64,000 bases of DNA from Gammaproteobacteria bacterium (lineage in GTDB: Bacteria > Pseudomonadota > Gammaproteobacteria > Methylohalomonadales > Methylohalomonadaceae), in NCBI GenBank assembly GCA_034521715.1, contig JAXHLY010000008.1, forward strand, positions 53,357 to 117,356, read 5' to 3'. Of the stretch, positions 63,319 to 64,000 are shown in pieces. Every line of letters starts with the position of its first letter. Position 1 is the stretch's first letter. A program made the translations under genes and the position numbers. The notes beneath the pieces were generated by a model, which was given only the letters and a program-made list of their open reading frames with translations, was not told the DNA's origin and did no database searches.

Positions 63319-63806
63319 GTGAATCCCACACTTTTGCCACCGCCGATCTTTACGATGCCAATGAAGACAGGGTCCAGGTTGCATTGCCGATGTTCGCCGA
63401 TTACGGTGGCCGGCTGGCATTCTGCGGCCCGGTTTCCACGGTCAAGGTGCACGAGGACAATACGCTGGTGCGCAAGGCACTGGAGGAAAAAGGTGAGGGC
63501 CGCGTGCTGGTCGTCGATGGTGGTGAGTCACTGCGCTGTGCGCTGGTCGGTGACATGCTGGCCGAACTTGGCCGTGACAATGGCTGGGCGGGCATTATCG
63601 TTTCCGGCTGCATCCGCGATTCGTCGGTGATTGCCACGGTCGATATTGGCGTCAAGGCCATCGGCACCAATCCGCGCAAAAGCCTCAAGCTGGGTGCCGG
63701 CCAGCGCGACATCCCGGTCAGCTTTGCCGGTGTGACATTCATCCCTGGTGAGTATGTCTATGCGGACGAAGACGGGATTCTGCTGTCTAAAGAGCCGTTA
63801 ATCTGA
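63315..63806 (+). CDS. rraA: RraA family (ribonuclease E activity regulator / HMG aldolase-like)
   Basis: TADLYD, EDNTLV, VLVVDGG, ALVGD, GCIRD, YADEDGI. Confidence 0.9.
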   Translation: MSESHTFATADLYDANEDRVQVALPMFADYGGRLAFCGPVSTVKVHEDNTLVRKALEEKGEGRVLVVDGGESLRCALVGDMLAELGRDNGWAGIIVSGCIRDSSVIATVDIGVKAIGTNPRKSLKLGAGQRDIPVSFAGVTFIPGEYVYADEDGILLSKEPLI

Positions 63807-63822
63807 CACCCGGAGACATGCC

Positions 63823-64000
63823 ATGCCGCGAACACTGACTGCTGTCGTATTATTGTTGCTGGCCCCGCTTCTTCAGGCCCATGACAATGAGACCCTGTTC
63901 AACAAGGTCACGTTACAGGCCGAGGCCCGGCGCGAAGTCCCCAATGATGAAATGACCGTTATGCTGACGGCCGAGCATCAGGGATCCGATCCCTCGGAAC
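63823..64000 (+). CDS. Periplasmic SIMPL (DUF541)-like protein, N-terminal fragment
   Basis: Signal peptide followed by NKVTLQAEARREVPNDEM. Confidence 0.6.
   Translation, partial: MPRTLTAVVLLLLAPLLQAHDNETLFNKVTLQAEARREVPNDEMTVMLTAEHQGSDPSE

Overview
GC-rich gammaproteobacterial chromosomal window. The sequence looks like an error-prone long-read or metagenomic consensus, with frameshifts even in ntrC, glyS, mnmG and atpD. Directly after ntrB-ntrC sits a complete chromosomal integron: a divergent intI, an attI-like site and about 18 attC sites over about 12 kb of AT-rich cassettes. The cassettes include a nucleotidyltransferase + DUF262 pair in first position, PD-(D/E)XK-like nuclease cassettes, six toxin-antitoxin modules (four toxins disrupted) and several unknown membrane or secreted proteins. 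The rest is mostly core or metabolic genes: rlmI, a flavocytochrome c sulfide dehydrogenase pair, fae, hemB, folD, phaC, plsC-gmhB-glySQ, a GldAFG/DUF4340 ABC module, speA, speE, two pseudoazurin-like cupredoxins with an XoxG/c553i-like cytochrome, mnmG-rsmG-parAB, the atp operon, glmU and rraA. An IS256 with an 8-bp target duplication, three copies of a palindromic TGTCAT...ATGACA repeat, a REP doublet and a family of transcription-polarised 7-8 bp intergenic tandem repeats are also present. Family assignments come from motif recognition only; no searches were run.
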